Shown one piece after another: positions 59,720 through 64,000 of a stretch of 64,000 bases of DNA. The stretch comes from Candidatus Woesearchaeota archaeon. Its GTDB lineage: Archaea > Nanobdellota > Nanobdellia > SCGC-AAA011-G17 > UBA489. Within the stretch, counting starts at the first letter, position 1; every line of letters begins with the position of its first letter. Where the stretch lies: positions 515,203-579,202 of the forward strand of contig CAYITG010000001.1 in the NCBI GenBank assembly GCA_964366415.1. The letters run 5' to 3'. The translations under genes and the position numbers were made by a program. The notes beneath the pieces are model-generated. The model was not told where the DNA came from and did not search any database. It worked only from the letters and a program-made list of their open reading frames with translations.

Positions 59720-61858
59720 ATGGGTGCTGAAAGCGCAGACGTTCGCGACGTTCTTGAAAAGTACAAACATCTTTTAGAAGAAGGCAAAGTTACCCAAGAA
59801 GATTTCTCTTATCCTTTGATGAGCACAGAATATGAAACCTTTCGCGAGGAAGCGCTTGATCAGCGTGTTACGTTGTATGAACAACTCTGCGCCAGTTTTG
59901 GCAATTTGTTTCACGTCACGGCAAAACCTGTAGAGATGCAAAAACTTCAAGATAGCATTACAGCATCACACCTTTTTATTACACCTCAACAAGCCATGGG
60001 TTTTGGAACTTTCTTTGCATTATCTCTTATTTTTATTGGCGTTCTCATAGGAAGCATCAGCTTTGTTTTTGATGTCTTTGGGGATTATGTCTTTTTGATG
60101 TTGTTGTTTGTCGTTGGTGGGGCATTACTTTTGAAACCGATGACACAATTGCCTCACTACTTTGCTCAGCGATGGAGATTAGCAGCAAGCAACCAGATGG
60201 TCATGTCTATTTTGTATATGGTCATTTACATGCGACACACTAGCAATCTTGAACACGCTATCAAATTTGCAGGCGAACACGTTGGCATGCCCTTGAGTTT
60301 GGATTTCAAAAAAATCCTTTGGGATGTTGAGACTGGTAGATATGTTACCATACAAGATTCTTTAGAGTCTTATCTCCGTCAATGGAAAGATTACAATCTT
60401 GAATTTGTCGAATCAATACATCTCATTCAAGGCAGTTTATATGAAGCACAAGAAGCAAAAAGACTTGACATGCTTGAAAAATCGCTTCAGGTTATTCTTG
60501 ATGGAACATATGACCGCATGCTGCATTATGCTCACACCTTGAAAAGTCCCTTAACTATTCTTCATATGCTTGGCGTTATCTTGCCTATTTTAGGTTTGGT
60601 AATTTTTCCTCTCTTAGGAAGTTTCTTAGGAGGGCTCATTCGATGGTACCACCTTGCTTTTTTGTACAACCTTGTTTTGCCTCTTCTTGTTTTTTTCTTA
60701 GGCTATCGTTTATTGAGCCAGAGACCTACTGGCTATGGAAAAGGAGAACTTCTGAAACAGTATACTCTTCTTCAAGAACGTCAGAATGCTTTAGGAAACA
60801 ACTCAATCGTTAATCCTTTGTTTATTGGAGGCATGATTACCACTGTTTTTCTTTTACTAGCGTTTCTTCCTTTTTTTGTTCATTGGATTTATCCAACATA
60901 TGACTTTGAATTGATGGGCTGGAAATTTTTAGATTACAAAGGAGACTATGGTCCTTATGGATTTTGGTCTTTGCTTATCAGCCTTTTATTGCCTGTTGGA
61001 TTTGGATTAGGCATTGGAATGTACTACTGGTTGAAAACACGCAACCTTATTGAGATCACTCGAAAAACAGATCTTCTTGAAAAAGAATTTAGCGGTGGAC
61101 TCTTTCAGTTAGGAAGTCGCATCGGCAGTGGCATTCCTGTCGAAGCTGCTTTTGGGAGTGTTGCAGAAAATATGAAAGGAACGCCCACTGGTGATTTCTT
61201 TGCCCGCGTTAATAATAACATTCGCAATGCAGGCGTTGGCTTGAAACAAGCTTTGTTTGATACTCAGATTGGCGCTGTGTTTGTGTATCCCAGTAACTTT
61301 ATTGAGAGCAGCATGAAAGTTCTTGTTGAGAGCGCAAAAAAAGGTCCTACTGTTGTGAGCCGGAGTTTAGTTACCATCAGCCAATACATGGAGCGCATTG
61401 GACAAGTTAACGAACGCTTGAAAGACCTTATGGCCGATGTGTTGAGCAGCATGACCAGTCAAATTACTTTCCTGACTCCTATTATTGCTGGCATTGTTGT
61501 TGGCGTCGGGAGCATGGTCGTTACTATCATTAATCTTCTTGGCGAACAATTTCAAAATGCAGGACTGGAAGAAGGAGGATTCACTGGGGGAATTAGCGCT
61601 ATTGCCAGCGTGTTGAATATTCAAGATGTGATTCCTGGCTATCAGTTCCAAGCCGTTGTTGGTCTTTATGTTGTTGAACTTACTATTTTACTTACTATTC
61701 TTAGTACTGCTATTGAACGCGGCGTTGATGATACAACAACACGCTATCGCATTGCACAGAATTTATTTCGCGGTGTTAGCTTTTATGTTGTCATCGCACT
61801 CATTGGTATTATTGTCTTTAACTTGTTGGCAAGTGCTGTTGGTACGGTTGGAGTGTAA
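59720..61858 (+). CDS. FlaJ/TadC-like polytopic membrane protein (type II/IV secretion platform)
   Basis: 712 aa; two T2SS-F-like cytoplasmic domains separated by TM bundles. Confidence 0.7.
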   Translation: MGAESADVRDVLEKYKHLLEEGKVTQEDFSYPLMSTEYETFREEALDQRVTLYEQLCASFGNLFHVTAKPVEMQKLQDSITASHLFITPQQAMGFGTFFALSLIFIGVLIGSISFVFDVFGDYVFLMLLFVVGGALLLKPMTQLPHYFAQRWRLAASNQMVMSILYMVIYMRHTSNLEHAIKFAGEHVGMPLSLDFKKILWDVETGRYVTIQDSLESYLRQWKDYNLEFVESIHLIQGSLYEAQEAKRLDMLEKSLQVILDGTYDRMLHYAHTLKSPLTILHMLGVILPILGLVIFPLLGSFLGGLIRWYHLAFLYNLVLPLLVFFLGYRLLSQRPTGYGKGELLKQYTLLQERQNALGNNSIVNPLFIGGMITTVFLLLAFLPFFVHWIYPTYDFELMGWKFLDYKGDYGPYGFWSLLISLLLPVGFGLGIGMYYWLKTRNLIEITRKTDLLEKEFSGGLFQLGSRIGSGIPVEAAFGSVAENMKGTPTGDFFARVNNNIRNAGVGLKQALFDTQIGAVFVYPSNFIESSMKVLVESAKKGPTVVSRSLVTISQYMERIGQVNERLKDLMADVLSSMTSQITFLTPIIAGIVVGVGSMVVTIINLLGEQFQNAGLEEGGFTGGISAIASVLNIQDVIPGYQFQAVVGLYVVELTILLTILSTAIERGVDDTTTRYRIAQNLFRGVSFYVVIALIGIIVFNLLASAVGTVGV

Positions 61859-62162
61859 TATCAACAAGATTTTTTGCTGTTAATTCTGTTTGCAACTTCC
61901 TTTCTAACTCTGCCATGCCAATCCCACCATTCAATGATGTGCAGATTATTGTCTTTTCTATACCTTCTCTACCTTTTGTTTGTCTCTCTATGTACTCCAC
62001 TGAAGCTGGAGGTTCTGCATATATACCTACTATCCGTTGAAACATACCATATCCTGTATCCAAACAAATTGTGGCACCAAGAACCTGCATTATTTCTCTT
62101 ACTTTTTCATAGTCTTCTTTTCCTTCTTCGCCTTGAACAGAAAATTCCCTTAACCTCATCAT
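61818..62162 (-). CDS. hypothetical protein (doubtful)
   Basis: ORF overlapping the convergent 3' end of the FlaJ-like gene. Confidence 0.2.
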   Translation of the reverse strand: MMRLREFSVQGEEGKEDYEKVREIMQVLGATICLDTGYGMFQRIVGIYAEPPASVEYIERQTKGREGIEKTIICTSLNGGIGMAELERKLQTELTAKNLVDITLQPYQQHLPTS

Positions 62163-62243
62163 CTTTTTTTGTGATCCTCTTTGTTTTAATATCTTTCTTT
62201 TCCCTTAGAAATGTTTATATACAATTCTTGACCTTGCCTTCCT

Positions 62244-62972
62244 ATGAAAAAGAGGAATGTTCGTCTTTCAGAACCACCAACGCCTTCTTCTCGCATTACT
62301 GATACTCAGGGCATTTTGGTTGTGGTTCTTCTTCTTTTGATTATTGCTTTCTTTGGAAGTTTACAATACGAACAACTTACAGGAAAACTTGTTTATCGTG
62401 ATAGTTGGTATGGTGGATATAGCGGAACTGGAGGATGGTTTGGGTTTAGCTTTTCTGATATTTATGCACAACATGGATACATTATTGATGCTGCATTGTT
62501 TTTATTGATCTTCTTGGGTGTTGGGAAGGGGTTATTTACGAAACATTTTGCTGAAGGTGGAACTGCGGTTTATGTTGGCATCGGCATCTTTTTAGCATTT
62601 GCTTTACTCTTATGGGAAGAACGCAGTGGCATTTATTTGCTTGAATCTTTTGGACCTTTGGTTGTTGTGTTATTTGTTCTTGTGTTATTGGCTTGGGCAT
62701 TTCGCTGGATGAAACAGGCAGGCATGAATGCTATTCCCCTCATTTGCATTGGATATCTAGTCTTTTATTGGGGAATTTATGGTGGAATAGACACTATGTA
62801 TGGGCAGAAAGTTGCTGATTTTTTAGCTAACTTTTCTCTTTCGGAAGATTTGATTAGTTTTCTCGCTGCAGCTGCTCTTATGGCACTCATCATCTACATT
62901 ATTTGGTGGCTTTTCAAAGGACGCCATCACACTTCCCATACCCCTTCTGGAACTTCGCATCATCATCCTTAA
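62244..62972 (+). CDS. membrane protein with His-rich C-terminus
   Basis: 6 TM; C-terminal GRHHTSHTPSGTSHHHP. Confidence 0.45.
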   Translation: MKKRNVRLSEPPTPSSRITDTQGILVVVLLLLIIAFFGSLQYEQLTGKLVYRDSWYGGYSGTGGWFGFSFSDIYAQHGYIIDAALFLLIFLGVGKGLFTKHFAEGGTAVYVGIGIFLAFALLLWEERSGIYLLESFGPLVVVLFVLVLLAWAFRWMKQAGMNAIPLICIGYLVFYWGIYGGIDTMYGQKVADFLANFSLSEDLISFLAAAALMALIIYIIWWLFKGRHHTSHTPSGTSHHHP

Positions 62973-63125
62973 AGTTCCTGACTTATCTTCTGTTTTCTTG
63001 TTTTTAGCTTTCGTTTCCCTCTCTCCTAAATGTAGTAACTACTCTTGAGTCAGAACAAATAGAAAGATTTATAAATAAGCTTTTCTTTCTTTTCTTAACA
63101 CATTTTATATCTGGAGGAATACAAT

Positions 63126-63665
63126 ATGCCAATTTTACCAAAATCTGCAAACGTTAAAACATTCTTTGCTAATCGTGCACAGCCTTTGTATGATGCTGCT
63201 GCTTTTGTTGTAGGATATGCCCTTAGTGGTGTATCTCGATCATTACTTGAAGGCGCTATTCACAAGACTGGTGAGGTTGGCGAAGTTAGTGAGACTATAG
63301 AAACTGTCACTACTTTTAATCCCAATTTTAACTATGAAGGAGATTTGGGTGGAAAACTTTCTGCCATAACCGGTCATGACCCTCTCTTAGGAGTTGGCAT
63401 GGGTTTGGCTGCTATTGCTGGTGGACGTGATAAATCTTGGCCTTATGCCTTGGTTGGCTTAGGTGTTACTCACCTTGATAACCTTGCAAATCTTGTTCGA
63501 GAACCATCTTACGCTGTTGCTGATTATGGAGTAGAAACTCTTACCGAAGCAGCTTTGGTTGGTGGAGCTTACTTTTTAGGTTATGGCATTCATAAGCTTA
63601 AACAAAAAGTAATGCCTGCTAAAACAAAAGGTCGACCTACACCATCATCTGGTTCAACACCTTAG
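63126..63665 (+). CDS. hypothetical Gly/Ala-rich protein
   Basis: 179-aa ORF with GGAGG SD upstream. Confidence 0.4.
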   Translation: MPILPKSANVKTFFANRAQPLYDAAAFVVGYALSGVSRSLLEGAIHKTGEVGEVSETIETVTTFNPNFNYEGDLGGKLSAITGHDPLLGVGMGLAAIAGGRDKSWPYALVGLGVTHLDNLANLVREPSYAVADYGVETLTEAALVGGAYFLGYGIHKLKQKVMPAKTKGRPTPSSGSTP

Positions 63666-63685
63666 TTTGACGTTTGAGGAACTTT

Positions 63686-64000
63686 ATGCTCGAAGAGTAT
63701 GTCCATCATTATTTGGAAGAAGGTTCTCGTAGTCTAACACATTTGCCTACATATCTTCAGTGGTGGACAAATCCTTATCATGCTTTAGGAATACTCGGTG
63801 GAATGTATTTTGCATCACGCAAAGATCTCACAAAGAAAGCAACTATGGGCATTGCTGCTTCTGCTTTTAGTGTTATTTGGCCTGAACTTAGTGACATTCT
63901 TGAAAATGCCAGTAAAAGCCCTGATTATACTCCTCTCTTTGCCTCTTTTATGACTTCTTTTGTTGCCACATCTCCATTTCTTGCTTATAACTTGGCGAGA
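63686..64000 (+). CDS. hypothetical membrane protein (partial, continues past window end)
   Basis: ORF from the ATG at 63686 remains open at 64000. Confidence 0.35.
   Translation, partial: MLEEYVHHYLEEGSRSLTHLPTYLQWWTNPYHALGILGGMYFASRKDLTKKATMGIAASAFSVIWPELSDILENASKSPDYTPLFASFMTSFVATSPFLAYNLAR

Noticed and set aside
62244-62320. Class III (prepilin) signal peptide in the His-tailed membrane protein (…TDTQG|ILVVVLLLL…)
   Set aside because: It lacks the K/R at -2 expected for FlaK/PibD substrates. The protein has multiple TM helices rather than a single N-terminal hydrophobic segment.

Overview
This is an AT-rich archaeal chromosomal window. I infer a DPANN-type or other small-genome archaeon from these markers: class I LysRS, PolD (DP1 and DP2), Orc1/Cdc6, an archaeal membrane LonB, XerA, a FlaI/FlaJ-like pilus ATPase and membrane pair, and a SUF Fe-S assembly system.

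The housekeeping backbone contains:
- a partial CDC48/VCP gene, RadB, topoisomerase IA, SerRS, a tRNA-Lys(CUU) directly upstream of class I LysRS, XerA, and an ABC exporter;
- an XRE regulator followed by sufB-D-S-U-C, a DUF59 gene, and a small Zn-ribbon gene;
- LonB, a predicted oriC immediately upstream of orc1/cdc6 followed by polD-small and polD-large, a split Hef (helicase and XPF nuclease as separate genes), and a type IV pilus/archaellum-like locus.

The standout feature is a compact diversity-generating retroelement (DGR) inserted between an IscA-like gene and the suf operon. It consists of:
- a minus-strand target gene (25951..26631) whose 3' end carries a variable repeat (VR, ~25964..26056);
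- a template repeat (TR, ~25652..25738) just upstream of a reverse transcriptase (24479..25623).
The RT carries the DGR-type 'LGNLTSQ' motif 4. TR and VR differ at ~15 positions, all at TR adenines on the coding strand, plus a 6-nt indel in a (CAA)n tract. A hairpin sits just 3' of the VR. The RT reading frame is broken at a G10 homopolymer.

Other points of interest:
- an 18-nt intergenic motif (TTGTAATTATTGCTTAAA) present four times in a 2-kb hypothetical-gene island;
- GTCTACGA direct repeats upstream of one of two paralogous coiled-coil/wHTH genes;
- a Bat-like vWA/MoxR/DUF58 cluster;
- a DUF1858-IscA fusion;
- several small Zn-ribbon ORFs that the ORF track missed.
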